From contig CM075993.1 in the NCBI GenBank assembly GCA_038087875.1, forward strand, positions 4,838,001 through 4,902,000: a stretch of 64,000 nt of DNA. Reading direction: 5' to 3'. Positions 38,082 through 49,907 of the stretch are shown piece by piece; position 1 is the first letter of the stretch; each line of letters begins with the position of its first letter. Both the position numbers and the translations under genes were made by a program. Source of the stretch: Malacoraja senta. Taxonomy: Eukaryota. A model generated the notes under the pieces. It worked only from the letters and a program-made list of their open reading frames with translations. It ran no database searches and was not told the origin of the DNA.

Positions 38082-39409
38082 ACCTGTCTATCTGCTTCTT
38101 AAACATTGCAATAGTCCCTGCCTCAACTACCACCTCTGGCAGCTCGTTCCGAACACCCGCCACCCTTTGTGGGAAGTGGTTACCCCTCAGATTCCTATTA
38201 ACTCTTTTCCCCTTCACCTTAAACTTATGGACGGTAACTTGGAGATTTTGAGAGGCTGTTGTTGTAATGACCAGGGGCTGGGTCACGTTTGTGCAGGGTG
38301 GGGCCCGTTCCACATTTGCAGATGGTTCTAAACTACAATGTGAAGAGCCTTTGCTCATTCTAACAGACAAAAGTAACTTCAAATCTTCTCTGGCAAACCC
38401 TGAGCGTTTAGATTTCCGCTGGTCACAGCGACAGGGAAACAGGCTGGGCTGTACCGTGTGTTTCTGATCGTACAAGGAAGTGACGTCTATAAAACAACTT
38501 GAGAAACTTGTAAAACAACTTGTAGAAACAAGGAACTGTAGACGCTGGTGCACCAAAGACAAACATGCATAAAGTGCTGGAGTAATTCAGCGGGTCAGGC
38601 AACATCCTAGGAGAACTGAAGGGTCTCAACACGAAACGTCACTCAAGACAGTACAAGACAAGAGACATTTATTGTCACATGTACTAATTGGTACAGTGAC
38701 ATTTGTGGTCACCAAGTTCAAGTTCAAGTTCAAGTGAGTTTATTGTCATGTGTCCCTGATAGGACAATGAAATTCTTGCTTTGCTTCAGCACAACAGAAC
38801 ATGGTAGGCATTGACTACAAAACAGATCAGTGTGTCCATATATCATTATATACGTAAATACACACATGAATAAATAAACTGATAAAGTGCAAATAACAGA
38901 TAATGGGCTATTAATGTTCAGAGTTTTGTCCGAGCCAAGTTTAATAGCCTGATGGCTGTGGGGAGGTAGCTATTCCTGAACCTGGTCGTTGCAGTCTTCA
39001 GGCTCCTGTACCTTCTACCTGAAGGTAGCAGGGAGATGAGTGAGTGGCCATACAGCCATACGAATAAATAAGAGCACAGAACAAAATAGTCTTTAACATA
39101 GACATCCCCACACAGCGGAATCAAAGTTTCCCATTGTGAGGGAAGGCCCAAAGTTCAGTCATCCTCATCTTTGATGTTCTTTGATGTTCACCCATTCCTT
39201 CTCTCCAGAGATGCTGCCTGTCCCACTGAGTTACTCCAGCATACAGAGCCTATATCCCAGGAGAGCATGTGTAGGTGATACGTTCACTACAAACATTCCA
39301 GTGCTGTGCCATATTAAGATAATCACTTGATCTCTCATTAATAAGTTCTATTTGTGTGGTCTATTGGTAAATTGGTGCATTTTTAATAGAAGCACATCTT
39401 TTCCAACAG

Positions 39410-39472
39410 TTTGAAAATTGCATGGAACGTGTACAGAAGAGCAAAGTAACGTTATACAAGAAGACCATAGAG
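39410..39472 (+). CDS. PSTPIP1: PSTPIP1 exon 6 (FENCMERVQKSKVTLYKKTIE)
   Basis: acceptor ttttccaacag, donor GTAAGC. Confidence 0.94.
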
Positions 39473-39528
39473 GTAAGCTAGAACTGCAAGACTATTGGTA
39501 CAAACGCAACCTGTCCGTGATCACCTAA

Positions 39529-39893
39529 AGGGCCTGTCCCACTTACGCGAACTTTACAGGCGACTGCAGGCACCCGTGATAGGTCACCGAAATTTTCAAC
39601 ATTTTGAAAATTCAGCGGCGACCAGAAAGACGCGATGACTCTTTGGAGACCTCTCACGACCACGCAGGCTGTATGGTCATGAGAGGTCTCCTATGGTCTT
39701 GAGAGGTCACCTGCGACATGTCGCCAGGGGTCGCCTGTATGGTCGTGGGAGGTCTCCTATGGTTGTGAGAGGTCTCCAAAGAGTCGTAGCTTCTTTCTGG
39801 TCACCGCTGAATCTTCAACATGTTGAAAATGTCGGCGACCTATCACGGGTGCCAGCAGTCGCCTGTAAAGGTCGCATAAGTGGGACAGGCCCT
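39529..39893. mobile_element. PIF/Harbinger-type MITE, almost fully palindromic
   Basis: TIR AGGGCCTGTCCCACTTA..; ~130-bp inverted arms; TAA TSD on both sides. Confidence 0.87.
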
Positions 39894-40232
39894 TAACTCA
39901 ACCTGCAGTTCAGAGACCTATAACTTTCAACTAAGTCAAAACCAATTGAAAGAATGTTATACTGTAGTCATGAATGTTTAATTGTTCTATGTACTGGCAT
40001 TAAACGATTAAATTCTTACTGCTGATCAATATGACCATTGGAGCAACAACACGCAGATAAATACACAATAATCAACAATACGGTAAATTATTAAGTAATA
40101 CTTGGCAACCATAATAGTGCAGACACATATCCACTCGCGCATCAGCCTTCTGTTCCCCAAGTCTTCTTTATCTCCTGTAAGACAGGACAATTTAAAAAAT
40201 GGATCCTTTATTTTGCCTTTTGTTTCGTATGG

Positions 40233-40478
40233 GTGGCACATTGGCGCAGCGGGTAGAACTGCTGCCTCACAGCACTAAAGAGCCAGTTCGATCCTGACGT
40301 TGGGCGCTGTGTGTGTGTGTGGAGTTTGGATGTTTTCCTTGTGACCACGTGAGTTTTCTCCAGGTCCTCCAGTTTTCCTCCTACATCCTAAAGACATACG
40401 GGTTTGTAGTTCAATTGGCCTCTAAATTGCCCCGTGTGTAAGGAGTGCAGGAGAAAGTGGGCCAACATACAACTAGCG
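40233..40478 (+). mobile_element. tRNA-derived V-SINE (HE1-like), decayed
   Basis: TGGCGCAGCGG, GTTCGATCC, V-domain. Confidence 0.75.
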
Positions 40479-40719
40479 CTATTGGGATTTGGAGCAAGGG
40501 TCCGTTCACCTTTAGTAAGGTGGTGAGGCTGTACAAGCCTGTACCTCAGCCAATGTATCTCTAGAGTCTCCTAGTCTTACCACCCGCTCTAGGCTGAGCC
40601 TTTTGGGAAGTTAAACTCTGGTATTAATATTGAACAATATCAAACAATGAAGAGCATGCGTTGCGTGTACAGCAGACATTCTGGTGCTTTGTTTCCTGAT
40701 TTGTTTTGTCCTTTTCCAG

Positions 40720-40818
40720 TCAAAGAAATACTACGAGCAGAAGTGCAGAGATGCAGGCGAGGCTGAGCAAAGTTCGGACCGTGCAAATGCCACAGGAAAC
40801 CCAAAGCAAGTTGAAAAG
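40720..40818 (+). CDS. PSTPIP1: PSTPIP1 exon 7 (SKKYYEQKCRDAGEAEQSSDRANATGNPKQVEK)
   Basis: long polypyrimidine acceptor cttttccag, donor GTACGA; YEQKCRDA motif. Confidence 0.95.
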
Positions 40819-40878
40819 GTACGAGGCGCTGTGCACTAATATCCTTAATTAGAAGGTATAGGAGCCTGAAAACTGTGA

Positions 40879-41099
40879 AGGGCCTGTCCCACTTGCCGAT
40901 TTTTTCAGCGACTGCCGATGTCATTGACTGATGTATCAGGGTCGCCGAAAGATTTTGAATATTTTAAAATCCAACGGCGACAAAAAAAATGGTGCGACAC
41001 TTGAGGAGACACCGCGCGTCAATACGTCGTCACGCCGTGACTTTTTCGGTGACCTGATACGTCAGTCGCCGAAAGAAACCGCCAAGTGGGACAGGCCCT
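40879..41099. mobile_element. PIF/Harbinger-type MITE
   Basis: TIR AGGGCCTGTCCCACTTG..; flanks TGA/TAA; interrupts a Rex1-like tail. Confidence 0.82.
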
Positions 41100-42260
41100 T
41101 AACGTCAAGGTTCAGGAAAAGCTTCTTGACTACAACCACCAGGCTATTAAACACTACAACCTCCAAATAATCTCCAAACTACATTGACTTGGGGTCATTG
41201 CTTTTGTATTTGCACTATTATTGTTTGTTATATAAAATATAGAATAGAATGCCTTTTATTGTCATTCAAACAGCTTGGTTTGAACAAAATTTCATTTTCT
41301 ACAGTCTTACATTACAAAAAAAACAAAGACCCACACTTAACACAGTTTACATAAACATCCATCACAGTCGATCTCCAACATCTCCTCACTGTGATGGAAG
41401 GCAAAGTCTTATCTCCACATATATCCCCACATTCTATTCCCTCTTGATTGTTAATATATTTTTTCAATTTTCAGCACTTGAAAGTCCTGCTAAAATGTCC
41501 TTTGTGTTTTTTACTTTGATCGTGTGATTTCATCCTCTTCTTCTGCTTCTTCTTCTTTCGTGTGGCGTGCACAGCCTATAGTTGTTGGACAACTTGTTCT
41601 ATTTGATCTTCCGTTTGTGCACGTCGAGTTGATTGCATTAGTCGAAACAGGGAAGGTTGCAATCTTCCACCCCTGATTTCATCCTGTTGTTATACATCCC
41701 ATTTAGATCCAACTGGATATTTTATCTGTGCTTTGGCCCAAAGTGCTGTTGTCTCTTGAGTATCAGCAACGTTCCCTCTTTGTGCACAAGCCCTGTTTTC
41801 TCTTCCTGGAGAGAGAGAGAGAGAGGCGGTAATCGAAAGTACGTTATTTCTGCAGATGTGGACGCGAGTTTTGTCGCAGACCGCGGTCTTTTCTGAGCAC
41901 ATCTTTTGAGCCGTTAAAGAAAAAAAAAAAGCTGTCCATGCTGCAAATTGGAAACAAACCAAAAAGTGCTGGAAACACTCAGCAGGTCAGGCAGCATCTG
42001 TGGTTGGAGAAAACAGCTAACGTTTATAGCCCGCATCCCATTGTCAGAATGATAAAAAGCAGAAAGCAAGTTAGTTTGCAGTGGGTGATGGATATATGGA
42101 ACGAAGGGAAATATCTCTGATAGGGTGAGATAGGCAGGAACTGCAGATGCTGGTTTGCACTGAAGATAGATACAAAATGCTGGAGTAACTCAGCGGGACA
42201 GGCAGCATCTCTGGATAGAAGGAATGGGTGACGTTTCGGGTCGAGATCCTTCTTCAGTCT

Positions 42261-42482
42261 TAACACTATCCTATACTCACTAGGAACAATTTACACTTGT
42301 ACCAAGCCAATTAACCTTTGAAGTGTGGGAGGAAACCGAAGATCTCGCAGAAAACCCACGCAGGTGATGGGGAGAACTGTACAAAACGTACAGACAGCAC
42401 CCACAGTCGGGATCGAACCCTGGTCTCTGGCGCTGCGAGTGCTGTAAGGCAGCAACTCTACCGCTGCGCCACCGTGCCGCCC
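42261..42482 (-). mobile_element. tRNA-derived V-SINE (HE1-like) 5' part
   Basis: similar to 32090-32310. Confidence 0.78.
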
Positions 42483-43171
42483 ATTGAGATGAGATTAGTT
42501 GAACTTGGCATCATGTTTAGCGTAGACAATGTGGGCAGAAGGAGCTGATCCTGTGTTGTCCTGTTCTATGCCCTGTCATAATGGGGACTTAATTATATGA
42601 ACAGATGCTGCCTGATCCGCCGAGCGTTTCCAAGATTTCCTGTATTATTGACTCTTAAAAAGGGTTCTTTGATCTGCCAAAGATTGCTCTGACATCGACA
42701 CGCACACTTCAGCAGCAGACCCAAGAATAGAACTGTACATTTCTCAAGTCTTGAAGCATTCTGGCCTAAGGTAGGTCTGTTCGTGCATCCGGCATATATT
42801 GGCTTTCTCACCACTCGGCCATTAGTAGGGCCAGCAATTCACATCTTTGATCGCTATGTGTTACCGCACTTGGTTAAAATCAACTGAAATACACCGAAAG
42901 TAAACGTCTTGAGGAGTTGAAAGCGCGGTGTGTCCATGGTCCTAAATTCAGAGCAATGTCACGCAATGGAACATTGTCTCTGCACCCCTCTCAAGTAAAT
43001 GAGAAGATGCGGGGGCGATCTCCATTGCACCTGTATCCGCACTCCATCCCTTCTCTCTGATCTGTCTCCCCACCTCTTGTCAAGCATGCTGAGGAAGGGG
43101 TCTCGACCGGAAACGTCGCCCATTCCTTCTCTCCACAGATGCTGCCTGTCCCGCTCAGTTACTCAGTTACT

Positions 43172-43525
43172 GAGTTTGGACATGCTAGAGGCAGGAAACA
43201 CGTTCCCGATGTTGGGGGAGTCCAGAACCAGGGGCCACACAGTTTAAGAATAAGGGGTAAGCCATTTAGAACGGAGACGAGGAAACACTTTTTCTCACAG
43301 AGAGTGGTGAGTCTGTGGAATTCTCTGCCTCAGAGGGCGGTGGAGGCCGGTTCTCTGGATACTTTCAAGAGAGTGCTAGATAGGGCTCTTAAAGATAGCA
43401 GAGTCAGGGGATATGGGGAGAAGGCAGGAACGGGGTACTGATTGGGGATGATCAGCCATGATCACATTGAATGGCTCGAAGGGCTGAATGGCCTACTCCT
43501 GCACCTATTGTTTATTGTCTATTGT
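43172..43525 (+). mobile_element. CR1 3' fragment
   Basis: ..HSLRIRGKPFRTE..RVVSLWNSLPQ..GYGEKAGTGY*. Confidence 0.85.
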
Positions 43526-43837
43526 CATTTTGTGTCTTTAAGTATTTTTAATACAAGATGAAATCTCTGGATGGTTTCTGGCGCCGGTGGCTGAAGTGTT
43601 TCTGATGCTGATGCACAAATATAGTGGTGCTCACAGGGCTGTCGATGTCTTTATTTATATTAAACAGACTCTTGTCCCCGCCACTCTTCCTCGCCACTGC
43701 TCATTTGTACCAATGAGCCTTCCAGCACCATCTGCACATGGTGATATTTTTAACCTGCGATCCCTCTGCACTGTCAAATGCAGCCCACACAACCGTATGA
43801 AGCTCCACGCAGAGTGAGCAATTTCAGGCACCATATA

Positions 43838-44373
43838 GAGTCAGAGACTGATATAGTGTGGAAACAGGCCCTTCGGCCCAACTTGCCCATTCCAGCCAAC
43901 ATGTCCCAGCTGCACTAGTCCCACCTGCCTGCATTTGGTCTATATCCCTCCAAACCTGTCTTTTCCATGTATCTGTCCAACTGTTTCATAAATGTTGGGA
44001 TAGTCCCAGCCTCAACTAACTCCTCTGGCAGTTTGTTCCATATACCCACCATCCTTTGTGTGAAAAAGTTACCCCTTGGATTCCTATTAAATCTTTTCCC
44101 CTTCACCTTGAGCCTATGCCCCCTAGACCTCGATTCCCCCACTCTGGGCAAGAGATTCTGTGCATCTACCCGATCTATTCCTCTTGTGATCTTATACACC
44201 TTTATAAGATCACCCCTCATCCTCCTGCGTTCCAAGGAATCGAGTCCCAGTCTACTCAACCTCTGTCTATAGCTCGGACCCTCTAGTCCTGGCAACATCC
44301 TCGGAAATCTTCTCTGAACCCTTTCAAGCTTGACAATATCTTTCCTATAATATGGTGCCCGGAACTGAACGCA
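43838..44373 (-). mobile_element. CR1 3' fragment (third subfamily)
   Basis: ORF 43915..44400 LERVQRRF...RGDLI...NFFTQRMVGIWNKLP. Confidence 0.88.
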
Positions 44374-45064
44374 ATACATGTGAATAATATAACTGGACAT
44401 ATCTGAGGAAGGATGTGCTGGCTCTGGAGAGGGTCCAGAGGAGGTTCACAAGAATGATCTAAGGAATGAGTAGATTAACCTATGATGAGCATTTGTCAGC
44501 ACAGGGCCTGTACTCGCTGGAGTTTAGAAGAATGAGGGGGGGGGGGGGGTGGACCTCATTGAAACATACAGAATAGTGAAAGGCTTGGATAGAGTGGGTG
44601 TGGAGAAGATGCTTCCACTAGTGGGAGAATCTAGGACTAGCGGTCATACCGAGCCACCAATCTCCCTTGAACAATTGTCTTGCAGACCAAGTGCCAGGTT
44701 CAATACTTGGCCAAATCTCTGCTGGTTGATTTGAAGATACTTCAATTCAAGAGTCAAGAGTTTTTTATTGTCTTACGTCCCAGATAGAGCAATGACATTT
44801 TTACTTGCAGCAGCAGAACAGAATATGGGAACATAGTAAACAATATAACAAATGAGAGAGAAAAAAAAGTTCAGTATGTGTGTATAGACACATACTCACA
44901 AGCACACACACACACACACACACATATATAACATAGAAACATAGAAAATAGGTGCAGGAAGAGGCCATTCGGCCCTTCGAGCCTGCACCGCCATTCATTG
45001 TGATCATGGCTGATCGTCCCCAATCAATAACCCGTGCCTGCCTTCTCCCCATATCCCTTAACTC

Positions 45065-45911
45065 TTCGGTGGGCGGCGCGACTCTCGTCAGCAGCGGCCT
45101 CTGCAGTCCGTCTGTCTTTTTATTATTTTTGTCTCGTTTTTGTGTAGTTTTTATTATATTTTTGTCGGGGTATGTCTGTGGGGGGGGGGGGGGACTTTGA
45201 AATCTTTCCCCTGCACGGGAGACCCGACCTTTTCTTTGTCGGGTCTCCGTTGTCGTTGGGGCTGGGCAACGTGGAGCGGCCTCCAGCAGGAACGACCTGG
45301 GGCTCCAGTTGCGGAGCTGCGGACTACTCACCGTCACGGGGCTGGCCGAGTCCGGAGCGGGTGGAGCTGTGGTGGAGACAATCGCTGCTGCTACCCGACC
45401 CCCGGAGATTCGGAGGCTACAACCGCGGGTCTGGCGGACGGCAACACCGGAAGCCCGCGGGTCCCCTGGGGGGAGACCGCTTTTCGGGGCTTCCGCAGCG
45501 GCGACTTCTCCCGCCCGAGTTGCGGGGTTGAAGAGCACCTGGAGCGGGTCTTTATCCCCCCGCGCGGCTTGGAATGGCCGCCGAACTTTGCGGGCGCGCG
45601 CCGGGGCTCTAACACCAAGACCCGGTGCGCGACCTTGCATCACCCGGCGTGGCTTTAATGGCCGCGGGATAATCACCATCGCCCGCCGGGGGCTTTGACT
45701 TTGACTCTGACATCGGGGGGGGGGGGAGTGCAGTGGAGAGAGAAGTTTTTTTTTGCCTTCCATCACAGCGTTGTGATGGATGGATGTGTAAATTGTGTTG
45801 TGTCTCGGGTCTTCTTCGTTTTGTATTGTATGGCTGCAGAAACGACATTTCGTTTGGACCTCAAGGGGTCCAAATGACAAATTTGTCCAAAAGACAAATA
45901 AAATTGAATTG
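45065..45911 (+). mobile_element. Unclassified CpG-rich non-coding retroposon
   Basis: interrupts a CR1 3'UTR, flanked by AACTC (45060-64, 45912-16); 3' hairpin TTTGGACC..GGTCCAAA, AATAAA and (ATTGA)n tail. Confidence 0.6.
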
Positions 45912-45937
45912 AACTCCACTAGCCCCTAGAGCTCTAT

Positions 45938-45942
<5 letters not shown>

Positions 45943-45984
<42 letters not shown>

Positions 45985-46003
45985 TGCACACATACGTACA
46001 CAC
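45943..46003. repeat. (TA)n(CA)n microsatellite
   Basis: directly visible. Confidence 0.9.
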
Positions 46004-46175
46004 AAAAAACAAACAATAATAGCGCAATAATAACAATATTAATCCATGTAGTTCAGAGCTTATTTGAGGTTGTAGTGTTTTATAGCTGAATGGCTGTAGG
46101 GAAGAAGCTGTTCCTGAGCCTGGACATTACAGTTTTCAGGCTCCTGTACCTTCTTTCCGATGGCAGTGGTGAAAT

Positions 46176-46906
46176 AATAGATTAATAATAATAGATTTAT
46201 TTTATATAGCGCTTTTCAGGACTCAAAGTCGCTTTACAATTGAGAGTCAGGAATAAACAAAACAAAATAGAGCAGTAAGACAGAGGGGAGGGGAACATGG
46301 GACTAAGGGTATGCAGAGGTGAAGAGATGGGTCTTGAGGCGGGACTGGAAGATGGTGAGGGACTCAGAATTTCGGACCGGTTGTGGGAGGGAATTCCAGA
46401 GCCTGGGAGCTGCCCTGGAGAAGGCTCTGCCTCCAAAAGTGCAGAGGTTTGAATTCGGAGTGGAGAGGAGACCAGCTGATGTGGATCTGAGGGACCGTGA
46501 GGGTTGGTAGGGGGGAGAGGAGGTCAATGAGATAAGGGGGGGCCAGGTTGTTGAGGGCTTTGTAGGTGAGGACCAGGATTTTGTAGGTGATCCGGTGGGA
46601 AATGGGAAGCCAGTGAAGTTCTTTGAGAACTGGGGTGATGTGGTGCCAGGAGTTGGTGTGGGTAATGAGTCGGGCGGCTGCATTCTGGACCAGTTGGAGT
46701 CGTTTGATGCTGCTGGAATTGATTCCGAAAAGAAGAGAGTTACAGTAGTCCAGTCGGGAGGAGATGAAGGCATGGATGAGTCTTTCAGCAGCGGGGGGTG
46801 TGAGAGACGATCTGATTTTTGCAATGTTGCGGAGGTGAAAAAATGATGTTTTGACAACATGGCGGATGTGAGGCTCAAGGGAGAGGGTTGAGTCAAGGAT
46901 CACGCC
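46176..46906 (-). mobile_element. L2-clade LINE 3' fragment
   Basis: LEPHIRHVVKTSFFHLRNIAKIR...SSRLDYCNSLL...LQLVQNAAARL...LHWLPI; tail AAAGCGCTATATAAA..(TAT)n. Confidence 0.9.
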
Positions 46907-47548
46907 AATGAGAGCGTGGCCAGGGTGGTGTGGGTCTCTGATGATGCCGGCTGCCTTTTTGAGGCAGCGATTCCGGTAAATCCCTTGGATAGTGGGGAGG
47001 TCAGAGCCGGAGATGGACTGGGGAGTGGTCACAACCTTTTGCAGTCTTCTTCGCTTCTGGGCACCCAACGTTGCCGAACCGGGGCATGACCGGAATGGCT
47101 GTGGCCAGCTTTTGCTCTCTGATCGCTGCATGACTACAGTCAAGGGACTGTGCCAGTGTGAATGGAGGCACAAGAGACTGTAGATGCTGAAATCTGGAGC
47201 AAAGCACAAAGTGCTGGAGTGACTCAACGGGTCAGGCAGCATCGGTGGAGGTAAATGGGCAAGGTGACGTTTTGGGTTGGGTCTGAAGAGGGTCCCGACC
47301 TGAAATGACGTCTGTCCATTCCATCCTTGGATGCTGCCTGACCCACTGAGGTCCTCCAGCACTTTGTGGTTGCCACAGTGAATGATGGGCAAGGATAGGC
47401 ATAATGTTGGCTGCTTTACCACCCAAAGTTCAACCATTTGCTTAATAATTGGGAGAGTAAAGTCAATGACCTTCTGTATTCAACCCTGATCCTGCATTTC
47501 ATGAACAAAACAGTGTCTACAATGGTGATGTCTCTGTCTGCTCCACAG

Positions 47549-47594
47549 TGTCAGAACAAGGTCAAGCAGTCTCACGAGTCGGCGGGAGATGCGG
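47549..47594 (+). CDS. PSTPIP1: PSTPIP1 exon 8 (CQNKVKQSHESAGDA)
   Basis: acceptor ctccacag, donor GTATGT; 46 nt keeps frame. Confidence 0.9.
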
Positions 47595-47713
47595 GTATGT
47601 ACCATCAGCTCTCTTGGTCTTTGGATAATGTGTCGCATGAATTGGGATTTGGCCGCTCGCCCAATCCTTGGTTTGGTTTCATTCTAGCACCTTACTCTGA
47701 AAATTTGTTCCAA

Positions 47714-48102
47714 GATCTTATAGAAACGTACAAAATTCTTAAGGGGTTGGACAGGCTAGATGCAGGAAGATTGTTCCCGATGTTGGGGAAGTCCAGAACA
47801 AGGGGTCACAGTTTAAGGATAAGGGGGAAGTCTTTTCAGACCAAGATGAGAAAATCATTTTTCACACAGAGAGTGGTGAATCTCTGGAATTGTCTGCCAC
47901 AGAAGGTAGTTGAGGCCAGTTCATTGGCTATATTTAAGAGGGAGTTAGATGTGGCCCTTGTGGCTAAAGGGATCAGGGGGTATGGAGAGAAGGCAGGTAC
48001 AGGATACTGAGTTGAATGATCAGCCATGATCATATTGAATGGCGGTGCAGGCTCGAAGGGCCGAATGACCTACTCCTGCATCTATTTTCTATGTTTCTAT
48101 GT
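47714..48102 (+). mobile_element. CR1 3' fragment
   Basis: DLIETYKILKGLDRLDAGR...GYGEKAGTGY* plus 3'UTR. Confidence 0.9.
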
Positions 48103-48688
48103 ATAGAATTGAATGCTTGGCTGCAAACAGGCTAATTTGCTGTTTCCGTGGTAGAATTGTTTTTCATACAACGGCCATCAACTAAATGGTAGCAAGTAGC
48201 AATGTGTCTGACGAAGGGTCTCCACCCGAAACGTCACCCGTTCCTTGTCTCCAGAGATGCTGCCTGTCACGCTGAGTTACTCCAGCATTTTTGTATCTAC
48301 CTTCGATTTAAACCAGCATCTGCAGTTCCTTCCTACATAACGTGTTGTAAATGATCTTTTCTGATGAATTTGATCATTCTGCGTCCATTGGAGTGTTTGG
48401 TTGTGATTGTCGCACCTATCATACAGGTGTCAGAGGTTATGGGGAGAAGGCAGGAGAATGGGGTTAGGAGGGAGAGATGGATCAGCCATGATTGAATGGC
48501 GGAGTGGATGGGCCAAATGGCCTAATTCTGCTCCTATCCCTTATGATCATCGTGGTAAACCAGCAGTCTGGGCCACGATGATCATAAGGTCATAAGAGAT
48601 AGGAGCAGAATTAGGCCATTTGGCCCATCTACTCTGCCATTTAATCATGGCCGTTGTGGCTAGTCCCATGCCAGAGGGTCATGGCCAC

Positions 48689-48770
48689 CAATCGATGGCC
48701 GAGTGGTTAAGGTGTTGGACTCGAAATCCAATGCAGTTTCCCCACTCAGATTCGATCCCTGGCTGAAGGC
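48689..48770 (+). pseudogene. tRNA-Ser(CGA)-derived pseudogene
   Basis: GATGGCCGAGTGGTTAAGGTGTTGGACTCGAAATCCAATG matches recalled vertebrate tRNA-Ser(CGA) D arm and anticodon arm (CGA at 48722-24); acceptor stem, variable arm and T arm degenerate. Confidence 0.8.
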
Positions 48771-49637
48771 GTCAGGGGCAATGGGGAGAAGGCAGGAGAA
48801 TGGGGTTAGGAGGGAGAGATAGATCAGCCATGATTGAATGGTGGAGTAGAGACGTGATGGGTCGAATGCCCTAATTATACTCCTTTTCCTTATGACCTTA
48901 TGACCAATTATCTCTGTGGCCTAATCTCCCCGCTCCCATCAAACTCTCACTTACACACGGGGAACAAGATGAGGGTTTGGTAGGTTAACTGGCCGCCTAA
49001 TCTGCCAACCCAACCCCAGCGCATTGTTTTACTTGCTTTTGCAGAACAATTGGAATATTTACTGAATTTATTTATTGTCGAAGAAAATTTCCTCGTTTCG
49101 CGCAGTCTCCTCATGCGCAGTGGACGGTGGAAGACTGAGCAGCGTTCATCCTGAGCAGCGTTGCAGGGGGAGTTCGGGCACGGTGCATCAGAATGTGCAG
49201 AGCAGCGGTGGGGAGAATGTGAGCAGTTGACTCAATGTAGGAATGAGCTAATCTCTGACTGCAGGCATCTGACAGGAAATGCACATGAAGCTGCGCTTGG
49301 CAGCAGCTTCCGTCTACTCATCTACCTGCTACTGGAATAGTTACTGCATGTTGTGTAGCTCGAGGTGTTTAATTCCCCCCCTCTATGAGTTCTGCACGGG
49401 CAGAGTCCCAGAAAGAGAGAGAGAGAGAGCCCAAATAGAGGCCCTTCAGCCCATCGAGTTCCACTGCATGGCCCACTGGCCATCAAGCACCCATTTACAC
49501 CAATTCTCACTTTATTTCACTTTCCCCAATCTACACCACTTACCCACATGCTTGGAGCAGTTTACAGAGACCAATTAACCTATTAAAGTCTCTGGGATGT
49601 GAGAGAAAACTGGAGCTCCAAGGGGAAATCCACATAT

Positions 49638-49907
49638 TTTAGTTTAGTTTAGTTAAGAAATACAGCGCTCACCTTCTGACCAGTTATCCCCATTCACCAG
49701 CACTATCCGATACACTAGGGACAATTTACAATTTTTACCAAAGCCGAATAACTTACTAACCCGTACATCTATGGAGTGTGGGAGGAAACCGGAGCACCCG
49801 GGGAAAACCCACGGGGAGACCGTACAAACTCCGTACAGACAGCACCCGTAGTCAGGATCGAACCCGGGTCTCTGGCAGCAACTCTACCGCTGCGCTACCG
49901 TGCCGCC
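49638..49907 (-). mobile_element. tRNA-derived V-SINE (HE1-like)
   Basis: V-domain and B box on the minus strand. Confidence 0.8.

Noticed and set aside
37370..38562. Long ORFs with LT/NP/VR/LG dipeptide runs
   Set aside because: Translations of the (CCCTAA)n array, not genes
44801..45919. 372-aa minus-strand ORF and overlapping ORFs
   Set aside because: Stop-poor GC-rich repeat; the ORF runs across repeat boundaries and a microsatellite
46364..47437. 357-aa ORF
   Set aside because: Chance in-frame fusion of Penelope-like repeat, Rex1-like and L2 fragments
47438..48010. 190-aa ORF joining PSTPIP1 exon 8 to a CR1 C-terminus
   Set aside because: Intronic read-through by chance; exon 8 has a normal GT donor
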